Shown piece after piece: positions 21,936 to 32,000 of a stretch of DNA of 32,000 bases. How positions within the stretch are numbered: the first letter of the stretch is position 1; every line of letters starts with the position of its first letter. The notes under the pieces are model-generated. The model saw only the letters and a list, made by a program, of their open reading frames with translations. It was not told the DNA's origin and did no database searches. The DNA comes from Blochmannia endosymbiont of Camponotus modoc. Lineage in GTDB: Bacteria > Pseudomonadota > Gammaproteobacteria > Enterobacterales > Enterobacteriaceae. The stretch spans positions 390,001-422,000 of the forward strand of contig NZ_CP097765.1 in NCBI RefSeq assembly GCF_023585785.1. The letters are read 5' to 3'. Both the position numbers and the translations under genes were made by a program.

Positions 21936-23630
21936 TTACTGTAAAAAATCTGGCACTACGTTCATGATTTTTAATGCATTACCCATCACTGCACTAAAAA
22001 CTGGTGCAGATACCATACTTCCATAATAATGACCATTTTTAGGATCATTTATTACTACTGCTAAAGCAAATCTGGGATTACTCGCTGGAGCTACTCCAGC
22101 AGCACATGCAATATACTTATTAATATATTTCCCATGTGATCCAACTACCTTAACAGTCCCAGTTTTTACAGCAACCCTATATCCTTTAATTGCAGATTGA
22201 CAACCACCACTTGGCAATGACACATTTTCCATCATGTCTAAAACAGTTCGCACTAAAGATCTTGGAAAAACTTGATTTCCTAATACCGAAGAAGAATCAA
22301 CTCGTATAATAGAAAGTGGTCGAGATATCCCCATTCCACCAATAGTAGCATAAACTTTAGCTAATTGTAACGGAGTAATCATTAAACCATATCCATAAGA
22401 AAAGGTGGCGCGTTCTATGTCTGACCAACATCTATTATATGGATATATCCCATTACTTTCTCCCACTAAACCTATATTTGTTGCTTTACCCATTCCAAAA
22501 TTTAAATATGTATTAACTAAAACTGCTGCAGGCATGGCTAACGCTAATTTAGAAACACCAACATTACTAGATTTTTGTAATATCTCTCTAATAGTCAATT
22601 TTCTACGATATAATACATCCTTAATTTGATGCCCATTAAGTATATAAGGTGATGTATTCATAATAGTGTCTTTTGTGATTATCTTATGTTTTAATGCAGC
22701 CATAATCACAATAGGTTTCACTGTAGAACCTGGTTCAAATGCATCAGTAATAGCACGGTTACGCATAACAGATTTATTAACAATGGACAAAAAATTGTTT
22801 GGATTATATGACGGACTGTTTGTCATAGCTAGAATTTCTCCGGTATTGATATCTATCAATACTATACTGCCGGATTCTGCTTTATTTATATGTACAGCAT
22901 TATTTAATTCACGGTATGCTAAATGTTGCAGACGTTCGTCGATACTGAGAATAATATTTTGAGCAGCTTGACCGTTATTCAAAGTAATTTCTTCAATTGC
23001 TCGACCAAATCTATCTTTTCGTATTGCTCTTGTTTTGGGTTGACCAGTCAACCAAGAATCAAAACTTTTTTCTATGCCTTCAATCCCTTGGCTATCTACA
23101 TCTGTTACTCCTACCAAATGTGCAGTTGCACGCCCAGCAGGATAATATCTTTTTGATCCTTGTTGCAAATATACTCCTGGTAATCTAAGTTGACTAATGT
23201 ATTTAGAAATAGCAGGATCAATCTGTCGTGCTAAATACAAAAAATGATCTGTAGTATGATTACTAATAAGAGATGATAGTTTATCTGATGATATAGATAA
23301 TACCTGAGATAATTCCGTCCAACGACGTATATCAGCAGTAATACCGCCATTTTTGCTAATTTCTTGAGGATCAATCCAAACCGAATCAGACGGTATACTA
23401 ATTGCCAATAGTTGACCCATTCTATCAGTAATAATACCACGAGTAGAGAGTGTGCTTTGCACGCGTAACGAACGCATGTTACCTTCATTAATTAGCTGAT
23501 CAGAATAAATAATTTGCAAAAAAGCTAATCTCAATAGCAAAATAATTAATACAAAAAAAATACAACTATACAATAAATTAAAACGTTTGCTATTTAAAAT
23601 TATTTTAAAATTGTAAGGTTTAAACTTCAT
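21936..23630 (-). CDS. ftsI: Peptidoglycan D,D-transpeptidase FtsI (PBP3)
   Basis: GGVTDVDSQGIEGIE-like dimerisation region, catalytic FEPGSTVKP (SxxK), SSNVG (SxN) and VKTGTVK (KTG) boxes, and an N-terminal transmembrane segment. Confidence 0.98.
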   Translation of the reverse strand: MKFKPYNFKIILNSKRFNLLYSCIFFVLIILLLRLAFLQIIYSDQLINEGNMRSLRVQSTLSTRGIITDRMGQLLAISIPSDSVWIDPQEISKNGGITADIRRWTELSQVLSISSDKLSSLISNHTTDHFLYLARQIDPAISKYISQLRLPGVYLQQGSKRYYPAGRATAHLVGVTDVDSQGIEGIEKSFDSWLTGQPKTRAIRKDRFGRAIEEITLNNGQAAQNIILSIDERLQHLAYRELNNAVHINKAESGSIVLIDINTGEILAMTNSPSYNPNNFLSIVNKSVMRNRAITDAFEPGSTVKPIVIMAALKHKIITKDTIMNTSPYILNGHQIKDVLYRRKLTIREILQKSSNVGVSKLALAMPAAVLVNTYLNFGMGKATNIGLVGESNGIYPYNRCWSDIERATFSYGYGLMITPLQLAKVYATIGGMGISRPLSIIRVDSSSVLGNQVFPRSLVRTVLDMMENVSLPSGGCQSAIKGYRVAVKTGTVKVVGSHGKYINKYIACAAGVAPASNPRFALAVVINDPKNGHYYGSMVSAPVFSAVMGNALKIMNVVPDFLQ

Positions 23631-23715
23631 ATAGCATAAATTATATCCTCACAGGAGGAGCTATAACCATTTTTAAATAATATTTTTATTGATCACATAA
23701 ATAAATTTTTATAGA

Positions 23716-24030
23716 TTAGTACAATGTATTATCTTGAGTTAGTTCCGAGTAATGCATTTGTAATTTATCCATTGCGATACGTTCAATACGATTATGGTGA
23801 GATAATATTTTTTCTTCAAGAATTAAACTTCTCCATTCAGTATCCAAATTATTTTTTTCCAACACAAGTTTTTCACGATCTATAATCATAGATCTAGTTT
23901 GATAAGTCACTAAAACAACCAACATTGCTGATATTAATACTAACAATGACAAAAGCAATTGCCACTTACCATATAAGTATAAATCATCATAAATAATACT
24001 AACAAGATTATATTGTTTCTTTTCCGTCAT
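23716..24030 (-). CDS. ftsL: Cell division protein FtsL
   Basis: 104 aa, one transmembrane segment followed by a short coiled-coil-like region (LEKNNLDTEWRSLILEEKILSHHNRIERIAMDKLQM). Lies exactly between rsmH and ftsI. Confidence 0.9.
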   Translation of the reverse strand: MTEKKQYNLVSIIYDDLYLYGKWQLLLSLLVLISAMLVVLVTYQTRSMIIDREKLVLEKNNLDTEWRSLILEEKILSHHNRIERIAMDKLQMHYSELTQDNTLY

Positions 24031-24032
24031 AT

Positions 24033-24989
24033 TTAGATAAGCAATTTTTCAGCGCAACGTAATATCGCACTACGAGCACGTATATTTCTTTTAATTTCTT
24101 GTTTTGAAGGTGTTAATTTTCCTATATTTTTTAATTGACACTTATTTTTATATTTACTAAATATTTGATTATTTGTTAATGGAAGCTTGGGAGGAATAGA
24201 TAAAACACAACTATGTTCACGAATGAAGTATTTTACCAATCGATCTTCTAGAGAATTAAAACTAATTACTACCAATCTGCCTCGTGGAGACAACATGACC
24301 AATGCATCTTTCAATACTTGCATTATTTCTTCTAGTTCATTATTAATGAACATTCTAATTGCTAGAAAACTTTTAGTTGCAGGATGCTTATTCATATTGC
24401 GATGCGGAATAGCATCGCAGATTAATTTAGATAAAACAATCGAGCGTATAATAGGCGTATATCGTCTTTTAGATACTATAACTTTAGCGATATTTTTTGC
24501 AAATCGTTCTTCTCCAAAAGTTTTTAAAACCCAAGTAATATTTTCTTGAGATGCCTTCGATAACCATTCAGCAGCAGATATTCCACTACTAATATCCATC
24601 CGCATATCTAGTAGACCATCTTGCATGAACGAAAATCCTCTGCTACAATCATTTATCTGAAATGTACTGATCCCTAAATCTAGTAAAATACCATCCACTG
24701 ATCCAATCAATCCTATATTTTTAACATGTTTGATCATTTTGGAAAATGAACTATGTATTATAGTAAATCTATCATCTTGTTCAGCAATGCACTTTCCAAT
24801 TTTTATAGCCAATAAATCTTTATCTATTGCTAACAAACGACCTCGTTCATTTAATTGAGATAAAATTAATTTAGAATGACCTCCTGATCCAAACGTTCCG
24901 TCAATATATATTCCTGTTGCTTTAATATTCAATGATTGTATCGCTTCATTTAGCAATACGCTTTTATGGCTGTAGTGAATATAGAACAT
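24033..24989 (-). CDS. rsmH: 16S rRNA (cytosine(1402)-N(4))-methyltransferase
   Basis: HKSVLLNEAI, YIDGTFGSGGHSKLIL, GLLDLGIST-like (GILLDLGISTFQIND), RGFSFMQDGLLDMRMD, VLKTFGEERFAKNIAK. Start placed at MFYIHYSHKSVLL; the track ORF extends to 25016. Confidence 0.97.
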   Translation of the reverse strand: MFYIHYSHKSVLLNEAIQSLNIKATGIYIDGTFGSGGHSKLILSQLNERGRLLAIDKDLLAIKIGKCIAEQDDRFTIIHSSFSKMIKHVKNIGLIGSVDGILLDLGISTFQINDCSRGFSFMQDGLLDMRMDISSGISAAEWLSKASQENITWVLKTFGEERFAKNIAKVIVSKRRYTPIIRSIVLSKLICDAIPHRNMNKHPATKSFLAIRMFINNELEEIMQVLKDALVMLSPRGRLVVISFNSLEDRLVKYFIREHSCVLSIPPKLPLTNNQIFSKYKNKCQLKNIGKLTPSKQEIKRNIRARSAILRCAEKLLI

Positions 24990-25281
24990 GTATATAATAA
25001 TAAAATATAGATGCACACGTTTGTGTGTTTCATGAACAAAATACTTAATAATAAAAAACTATTAGCCACGCAACTTTCTATGTTTCATACTACTAAGCGT
25101 TTATATGAATGCAATTGGAATATATTTCCTGCCTTATATTCAAAACATAAAATTTGCAGTTTACAATCTAAAAAATTCATAAAAAATTTTATCATTGTCA
25201 ATGATGATAACACAAAAAAATCAATCTTAAAAATATTATAACGCTGTTATATTAACATGTTACTTCTAATAGTATTAATAG

Positions 25282-25311
25282 TTGACAAACGATATTTAAT
25301 AGACTTAAAAT
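25282..25311 (+). promoter_or_regulatory. Candidate sigma-70-type promoter for leuABCD
   Basis: TTGACA at 25282-25287, an 18-nt spacer, then TAAAAT at 25306-25311, about 120 nt upstream of leuA. The -35 is an exact consensus match, but the background is AT-rich. Confidence 0.4.
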
Positions 25312-25428
25312 AAATTTAATGTAATAAATTATTATTTAAAATCTGATATTATTGGTTCACAATCAGTATGCCATTAATTAAAATATTATATACATATCCA
25401 TCCTAACATTCATGAGACGTGGATGATC

Positions 25429-26985
25429 ATGAGTCAGAAAGTCATTATTTTCGATACAACTTTACGGGACGGTGAACAAGCTCTACAAGCGAGTTTAAAC
25501 GTAAAGGAAAAATTGCAAATTGCTTTTGCTTTAGAACGATTAGGGGTAGATATTATGGAAGTTGGATTTCCGATATCTTCTCCAGGAGATTTTGAATCGG
25601 TTCATACAATAGCTCAACAAATAAAAAATAGTTTAGTATGCGCCTTGGCTAGATGTATTGATAACGATATTGATGTTGCAGCTGAAGCGTTAAAAGTTGC
25701 AAAAAATTTTCGTATTCATATATTCTTACCCACTTCAAACGTACATATTCAATCTAAATTGAAAAAAAACTTTGATCAGATTATAGACATGACCGTTCAT
25801 GCGATACGTTATGCAAGAAAATACACTGATGACATAGAGTTTTCTTGCGAAGATGCTGGACGCACCAATATAGATAATTTATGTCGTATTGTTGAAATTG
25901 CTATTCAATCCGGAGCAAGCACAATTAATATTCCTGATACAGTGGGCTACACCACCCCATATCAGTTTGGACAAATTATTACGTCTTTATATAATCGTGT
26001 CCCTATTATTGATAAAGCTATCATTTCTGTTCATTGTCATGATGATTTAGGAATGGCAGTTGGTAATTCTATTTCAGCTATACAGGCAGGAGCTCGTCAA
26101 ATTGAAGGTACTATAAATGGTATTGGTGAACGAGCAGGAAATACTGCTCTAGAAGAAATAATTATGGCCATCAAAGTACGAGAAGATTTACTGAACGTAT
26201 ATACTAATGTTCGTTGCCAAGAAATTTATAGAGCTAGTCAAGTAGTTAGTCAATTGTGTAATATCCCTATCCCAGCTAATAAAGCAATAGTTGGCTCCAA
26301 TGCTTTCTCTCATTCTGCAGGTATTCATCAAGATGGTATATTAAAAAACAGAAAAAATTATGAAATTATGACCCCTGAAACTATTGGTTTAAAAGATGTC
26401 AAATTAAATCTCACATCTCGATCTGGAAGAGCGGCAGTAAAACATCATATGAAAATAATGGGTTATCAAGAAAGTGATTATGACATGGATAAGTTATATG
26501 ATGTTTTTTTAGAATTAGCAGATAAAAAAGGACAAGTATTTGATTATGATCTAGAAGCATTAGCATTCATTAATAATCAACAAGAACAGTCAGAATTCTT
26601 CAGATTAAAATGTTTTCATGTAGATTCTAGCTCTTCTGGAATTGCTCACGCTTCAGTAAAATTATATTGTGGAAACAACACATGCACTCATTCGTCGAGT
26701 GGTAATGGACCAATAGATGCAATTTATGAAGCGTTAACTCACATTTCTAAGTTATCTATAAATTTAGAAAGATATCAACTGAATGCAAAAGGACATGGTC
26801 GTAACGCGTTAGGACAAGTGGATATTGTTGTATCGTATGAAGGACGCAATTTTCATGGAGTTGGATTAGATACAGATGTAATAGGATCTTCAGTAAAAGC
26901 CATGATTCATGTTTTAAATAATATTTGGCGCGCGAAACAAGTGATAATGCAACGCAAATATATAAAAAAAAATAATAATCAGTAA
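25429..26985 (+). CDS. leuA: 2-isopropylmalate synthase
   Basis: [75 protein letters not shown]. Start placed at ATG 25429 (MSQ); the track ORF begins 6 nt earlier. Confidence 0.98.
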   Translation: MSQKVIIFDTTLRDGEQALQASLNVKEKLQIAFALERLGVDIMEVGFPISSPGDFESVHTIAQQIKNSLVCALARCIDNDIDVAAEALKVAKNFRIHIFLPTSNVHIQSKLKKNFDQIIDMTVHAIRYARKYTDDIEFSCEDAGRTNIDNLCRIVEIAIQSGASTINIPDTVGYTTPYQFGQIITSLYNRVPIIDKAIISVHCHDDLGMAVGNSISAIQAGARQIEGTINGIGERAGNTALEEIIMAIKVREDLLNVYTNVRCQEIYRASQVVSQLCNIPIPANKAIVGSNAFSHSAGIHQDGILKNRKNYEIMTPETIGLKDVKLNLTSRSGRAAVKHHMKIMGYQESDYDMDKLYDVFLELADKKGQVFDYDLEALAFINNQQEQSEFFRLKCFHVDSSSSGIAHASVKLYCGNNTCTHSSSGNGPIDAIYEALTHISKLSINLERYQLNAKGHGRNALGQVDIVVSYEGRNFHGVGLDTDVIGSSVKAMIHVLNNIWRAKQVIMQRKYIKKNNNQ

Positions 26986-27005
26986 TTTGGAAAACCTAAA
27001 TACTT

Positions 27006-28106
27006 ATGAATAATAATTATCATATTGCAGTATTACCAGGGGATGGTATCGGACCGGAAACTACAAGACAAGTTTATAAAACTTTAAATGTAATAAAAAA
27101 ACAATTTCAAATCAATATTGTCACCACAGAACATAAAATAGGAGGAGATGCAATTAATAGCGAAGGCACTCCTTTTCCGAATAGTACTTTAAAATATTGC
27201 GAACAATCAGATGCTATATTATTTGGAGCAGTAGGAGGGCCACAGTGGACACATTTAACAGGATCAGAAAGACCGGAACAAGGAGCTTTATTAGCTTTAC
27301 GCAAGCACTTTAATTTATTCGCTAATTTAAGACCTATATATCTTGCTGATGCATTAAAAGAATTATCTCCTTTAAATACAAACATCATTCCAAATGGAAT
27401 TGATATTATATTCGTACGTGAGTTAACCGGAGGTATTTATTTTGGTAAACCACAAGGACGTTCAGGAACAGGTTTAAATGAATATGCTTTTGATACTGCA
27501 ATTTATCATCGCTTTGAAATAGAACGTATTGCCAACATTGCTTTTAAATTAGCTCAAAAAAGACGTAAACGTGTGTCTTCTGTAGACAAAGCTAACGTGC
27601 TGCATACTTCTATGTTATGGAGAGAAGTGGTATCACATCTTGCAAAAAATTATCCAGATGTTGAATTAGAACATTTATACATTGATAATGCTAGCATGCA
27701 ATTAATAAACAATCCTTCTAAATTTGATATTATTCTATGTCCAAATTTATTTGGAGACATTCTATCTGATGAATGTGCTATGATAAGTGGATCCATTGGT
27801 ATGCTACCTTCTGCTAGTATTAATGAACACAATTTTGGTTTGTATGAACCTGCCGGAGGATCAGCTCCGGATATTGCAGGAAAAAATATCGCTAATCCTA
27901 TCGCACATATTCTTTCTGCTGCGTTATTATTTAGACATAGTTTAAAATTAGATTATATTGCAATTGAAATTGAAAAAGCAGTTGCTCAAGCATTAATGTT
28001 AGGATATCGAACTATTGATATAGCAAAAAAACACGAAAAAAGCATAAGCACCAATAAAATGGGTGATATTATAGCTGCGTTAATTAAAAACGAAAGAGAA
28101 AAATAA
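27006..28106 (+). CDS. leuB: 3-isopropylmalate dehydrogenase
   Basis: [28 protein letters not shown]-like ([18 protein letters not shown]), [45 protein letters not shown]. Confidence 0.98.
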   Translation: MNNNYHIAVLPGDGIGPETTRQVYKTLNVIKKQFQINIVTTEHKIGGDAINSEGTPFPNSTLKYCEQSDAILFGAVGGPQWTHLTGSERPEQGALLALRKHFNLFANLRPIYLADALKELSPLNTNIIPNGIDIIFVRELTGGIYFGKPQGRSGTGLNEYAFDTAIYHRFEIERIANIAFKLAQKRRKRVSSVDKANVLHTSMLWREVVSHLAKNYPDVELEHLYIDNASMQLINNPSKFDIILCPNLFGDILSDECAMISGSIGMLPSASINEHNFGLYEPAGGSAPDIAGKNIANPIAHILSAALLFRHSLKLDYIAIEIEKAVAQALMLGYRTIDIAKKHEKSISTNKMGDIIAALIKNEREK

Positions 28107-28107
28107 T

Positions 28108-29508
28108 ATGGGAAAATCCTTATACCAGAAGTTATACGATGCACATATAGTTTATGAAAATAAAGATGATGTTCCAATATTATATATTGATAGACATTTA
28201 TTACATGAAGTTACATCACCCCAAGCTTTTGAAGCACTACGTCTAAGAAAACGTATAGTTAGACAACCAAATAAAACATTTGCCACTATGGATCATAATG
28301 TCCCCACTACAACAAAAAATATTAATCATTCTGGAAGCATGGCTAAAGAGCAATTAGATAGATTAACAAAAAATTGTAAAGATTTTGGAATTACGTTATT
28401 TGGTTTAAATCATCCTTATCAAGGAATAGTTCATGTTTTAGCGCCAGAGCAAGGTATCACATTACCCGGTATGACTATCGTGTGCGGAGATTCTCATACT
28501 GCTACTCATGGAGCTTTTGGTGCTTTAGCTTTTGGGATAGGAACATCAGAGATAGAACATGTGTTAGCAACACAAACTTTACAACAAACTCGATATAAAT
28601 CAATGCAAATTAACCTTTCAGGTATTATCGCTCCTCAAATTACAGCCAAAGATATAATTTTAGCAATTATTGGAAAAATTGGGCATGGGGGAGGATCCGG
28701 TCATGTAGTAGAGTTTTGTGGACCTGTTATCACGCTCTTAAGCATGGAAGAACGCATGACCCTTTGTAATATGGCTATTGAAATGGGAGCAACTTCTGCT
28801 TTAATAGCACCAGATAAAACTACTTACGATTATTTAAAAAACCGTAAATTTTCTCCAACCGGAAAGGATTGGGAACAAGCTTTATTATATTGGAAAACTT
28901 TATATTCCGACCACGATGCTCACTTCGATAAAAACTTTGATTTTGACGTATCTAATGTTAATCCACAAGTAACCTGGGGAACTAATCCTAGTCAAGTTAT
29001 CTCTATTGACCAACCGATCCCATCTCTAGAATCTTTTATAGATCCTATAGAACGCAATTCTGCTGAACGTGCTTTAATTTACATGGAACTTCAATCCAAT
29101 ACTTATTTAACAGATGTTTCTATTGATAAAGTATTCATAGGGTCATGCACTAACTCACGTATTGAAGATTTACGTATAGCGGCACAAACAATTAAAGGGC
29201 ATCATATTTCCGAAAATACACAAGCCATTGTAGTACCCGGATCTAAGTTAGTAAAAAATCAAGCAGAAAAAGAAGGATTAAATAAGATCTTCATACAAGC
29301 AGGATTCGAGTGGCGTTTACCTGGTTGTTCTATGTGTTTAGCTATGAATAATGATAGACTCGAAGCAGGTGAGCGATGTGCTTCTACTAGCAACCGGAAC
29401 TTTGAAGGTCGCCAAGGGCGTGGAAGTCGTACTCATTTAGTTAGTCCAGCAATGGCGGCAGCCGCCGCCATTGCTGGACGCTTTGTAGATATTCGAAAAT
29501 TTAAATGA
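28108..29508 (+). CDS. leuC: 3-isopropylmalate dehydratase large subunit
   Basis: [108 protein letters not shown] (Fe-S cluster cysteines present). Confidence 0.99.
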   Translation: MGKSLYQKLYDAHIVYENKDDVPILYIDRHLLHEVTSPQAFEALRLRKRIVRQPNKTFATMDHNVPTTTKNINHSGSMAKEQLDRLTKNCKDFGITLFGLNHPYQGIVHVLAPEQGITLPGMTIVCGDSHTATHGAFGALAFGIGTSEIEHVLATQTLQQTRYKSMQINLSGIIAPQITAKDIILAIIGKIGHGGGSGHVVEFCGPVITLLSMEERMTLCNMAIEMGATSALIAPDKTTYDYLKNRKFSPTGKDWEQALLYWKTLYSDHDAHFDKNFDFDVSNVNPQVTWGTNPSQVISIDQPIPSLESFIDPIERNSAERALIYMELQSNTYLTDVSIDKVFIGSCTNSRIEDLRIAAQTIKGHHISENTQAIVVPGSKLVKNQAEKEGLNKIFIQAGFEWRLPGCSMCLAMNNDRLEAGERCASTSNRNFEGRQGRGSRTHLVSPAMAAAAAIAGRFVDIRKFK

Positions 29509-29533
29509 TATATATAGGACATATAACGTACAT

Positions 29534-30142
29534 ATGATTCAATTTATTCAACATACTGGTATAGTTCTACCGCTTGATATTTCTGATATCGATACTGATA
29601 CTATAATCCCAAAACAATTTTTAAAAGCTACTACTCGCTCTGATTTTGGATTATACTTGTTTTTTGATTGGCGCTTTCTTGAAAATACACCTAAAATCTT
29701 AAATCCCAATTTCATATTAAATGATCCGAATTATAAACATGCTAGCATTTTGCTAACCCAAAGAAATTTTGGATGTGGATCATCTCGCGAACATGCAGTA
29801 TGGGCACTCATGGATTATGGATTCAAAGTTATCATAGCTCCAAGTTTTGCAGATATTTTTCATAAAAATAGTTTTAATAATCGCTTATTGCTTATAACTT
29901 TATCAGAATTAAAAATAAATGATTTATTTAAAGAAATTTCAACACAAAAAAAAGGTATATCTTTTACTGTGAATTTACGCGAACAAATTATTTATGTACA
30001 TAACAAAAAAAAGTGTTTTTTTGAAATAAATGACTTCCATAGACGTTGTATGCTTAATAAAATAGACAATATTAGCTTAACTTTACAATACGATGCTGCT
30101 ATTAAAAAATATGAAAATAATCAACCATCATATTTAAAATAA
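29534..30142 (+). CDS. leuD: 3-isopropylmalate dehydratase small subunit
   Basis: [66 protein letters not shown]. Confidence 0.98.
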   Translation: MIQFIQHTGIVLPLDISDIDTDTIIPKQFLKATTRSDFGLYLFFDWRFLENTPKILNPNFILNDPNYKHASILLTQRNFGCGSSREHAVWALMDYGFKVIIAPSFADIFHKNSFNNRLLLITLSELKINDLFKEISTQKKGISFTVNLREQIIYVHNKKKCFFEINDFHRRCMLNKIDNISLTLQYDAAIKKYENNQPSYLK

Positions 30143-30710
30143 ATTGTAATAATAAAAATACAAACGTATTAGCATGCATGTGTATGAAAAAAATTTCAAA
30201 ATAGTATGGATTAAAATAATTAAAAAATTAATATCAAAATTATTAGGAAATATATATTAAAATAATACGAATCAAATATTGATATACTCTTATATTGCAT
30301 GTAAATGCAATAATATAAACATAATCTAAAATGATAGACATTGACTGCTATCTGTTTTTATTTTTATATCACTTAATTAAAAAATGATTTATATAAATAT
30401 TTCAATAAATGAAGTCTATTATCAGAAATTAATATTTATTACTAAAAAATGGCGTATGTAAACCAGTAAAATTACAAAATAATTCGAATTTCATGTTACT
30501 CTAAGAAACGCGTGTTAGTATGTTTTTTCACATTTAAATGAACCAATATCTATATAGATACAAAACATAAAAACTCATTACTCATTAATTTATAAAAAAT
30601 ATTTAAAAAATCATGATAATTAATTAATAAGATAATACTCAGTAATAAATATACCATATAATATACTTATTTATCCAAGCATAAAGAGTTCACATTCTTT
30701 TTTAAGCAAC

Positions 30711-32000
30711 ATGTATCAAAATAGTTTAATCAATGATTATTCAGTTTTTTTTAAAAACACTATCATTAATTCAATTTTTATAATATTTTTTACTCAATTT
30801 TATTTTTTGGCTCATGCATCTAATTGTCTGCAAATTCCTATAATCAACAATCTCTTTTCTATTGATCAACCCATCTATGTGTCATCCGATGAACTAGATA
30901 TTTATTATCCTAATAAAATTCAGTTTTCTGGAGATGTCAATATGAAACAAGACAATAACATTTTCATGTCCGACAAATTAATAATATCACTTAACGAAAA
31001 AAACGAATTATCATACAATACACTGTATGCTTGTGGCCATGTTAGCTATAACAACAACTATATTATATTAACTGGATCCCATGCTTGGATTAATTTTTAT
31101 AATAAAAATATAGATATTCATGAAGGAACATATCATTTCTTAGAACCCCCTATTCATGGAACAGCAAATTCTATAATGCAAAGAGGAAAAAATCGTTATA
31201 CTATTGTCAAGAAAGGCAAGTGTACTTCTTGTGTTTCAAACAAAAATTATTGGAACATAACAGGATCAGAAATGCTTTATGATCATCATAAACATAACAT
31301 AGATGTATGGAATGCTTGTCTTAAAATAAAAAAAATACCAATATTCTATAGCCCTTATTTGTCACTATCTTTACATCAAAATAATGTCTTAGGGCACTAC
31401 ATACCTGATATTAAATACAGTAGCAAACATGGATTAATCTTTAAAATACCTTACCCTATTAATTTCTCAAAACACTACTCGGGCAGCATCTCTCCATGTT
31501 ATATATCTAACCTAGGAACAAAATTAGAAACAGAAATACGTTACTCAATTAAACCAGGAACTGGATTATTAATTCTAGATCTCGTAGAAAATAATAAAAT
31601 GTGCAATGAAAAATTTCCCAACAATTATCATAACAGATATTGGCAATTATATTGGAAACATAATGGTATTATGAATAAAAAATGGCATCTTAATTCTCAT
31701 TATATCTCAACTACAGGTTCCAATAATTATATTGAAAATGTCAATATACCAACATACACACACTCTAATAATAATTGTATGAACCAAAAAATACTGTGCA
31801 ATTATACTGATAAAAATTGGAACGCTAATTTATCTTATTTTGGTATCACGAATATTAATATCACGACAATTAAAGACTGTTATAATTACAACGAATCGTT
31901 CCAGCTAGAATTACATTCATATTATGATAACATCAAGCATAAACCATTGAATTTAAAGTTATTTAGTCAAATAACCCAATTTATACCTGTAAATTATCAT
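30711..32000 (+). CDS. lptD: LPS-assembly outer membrane protein LptD, N-terminal part (runs off the window)
   Basis: The ORF ATG 30711 is open to base 32000 (430 codons) and was not in the supplied track because it has no stop. It has a hydrophobic N-terminus, then [25 protein letters not shown] (LptA-like domain) and GKCTSC...[37 protein letters not shown], which resembles the TSC...[21 protein letters not shown] region of E. coli LptD. Confidence 0.93.
   Translation, partial: [430 protein letters not shown]

Noticed and set aside
22405-23188. Several plus-strand ORFs (74, 98, 77 and 63 aa)
   Set aside because: They are antisense to ftsI, which has all three penicillin-binding motifs in frame.
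23231-23488. ORF on the minus strand, 85 aa
   Set aside because: It is an alternative frame inside ftsI on the same strand with no family signature.
27107-28177. Minus-strand ORFs of 93, 60 and 63 aa
   Set aside because: The first two are antisense to leuB, and the third spans the leuB/leuC junction antisense. None has a recognisable product.
1-32000. Defence systems, CRISPR arrays, transposons, prophage genes, biosynthetic clusters, tRNA or rRNA genes
   Set aside because: Every convincing ORF is a core housekeeping, envelope or leucine-biosynthesis gene. No spaced direct repeats, transposase or integrase motifs, or RNA-gene-like GC-rich segments were seen by eye. tRNAscan and Rfam scans would confirm this.

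Overview
The window is an AT-rich, gene-reduced gammaproteobacterial chromosome segment. It looks like an insect nutritional endosymbiont, and the gene content and order best fit a 'Candidatus Blochmannia'-type genome (inference; no database search was possible). From left to right it contains: the 3' end of lpdA (+); about 1.7 kb with no recognisable genes; folK (-); dksA (-); coaE (+); secA (-); and a complete division and cell-wall (dcw) cluster on the minus strand (lpxC, ftsZ, ftsA, ftsQ, murC, murG, ftsW, murD, mraY, murF, murE, ftsI, ftsL, rsmH). Divergent from this cluster is leuABCD (+), followed by the 5' part of lptD (+), which runs off the window. Compared with the E. coli order, the backbone is syntenic but many genes are missing (for example ddlB, mraZ, mutT/yacG/zapD, secM, pcnB, panBCD, ilvIH). 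I found no mobile elements, CRISPR arrays, tRNA/rRNA genes, defence islands or secondary-metabolite clusters. I do not see evidence for a new multigene system. The most unusual signals are in the non-coding spacers: a 48-bp perfect palindrome inside a cluster of inverted repeats between dksA and coaE, a 16-bp-stem perfect hairpin in the lpdA-folK spacer, and a 15-bp-stem perfect hairpin in the secA-lpxC spacer.
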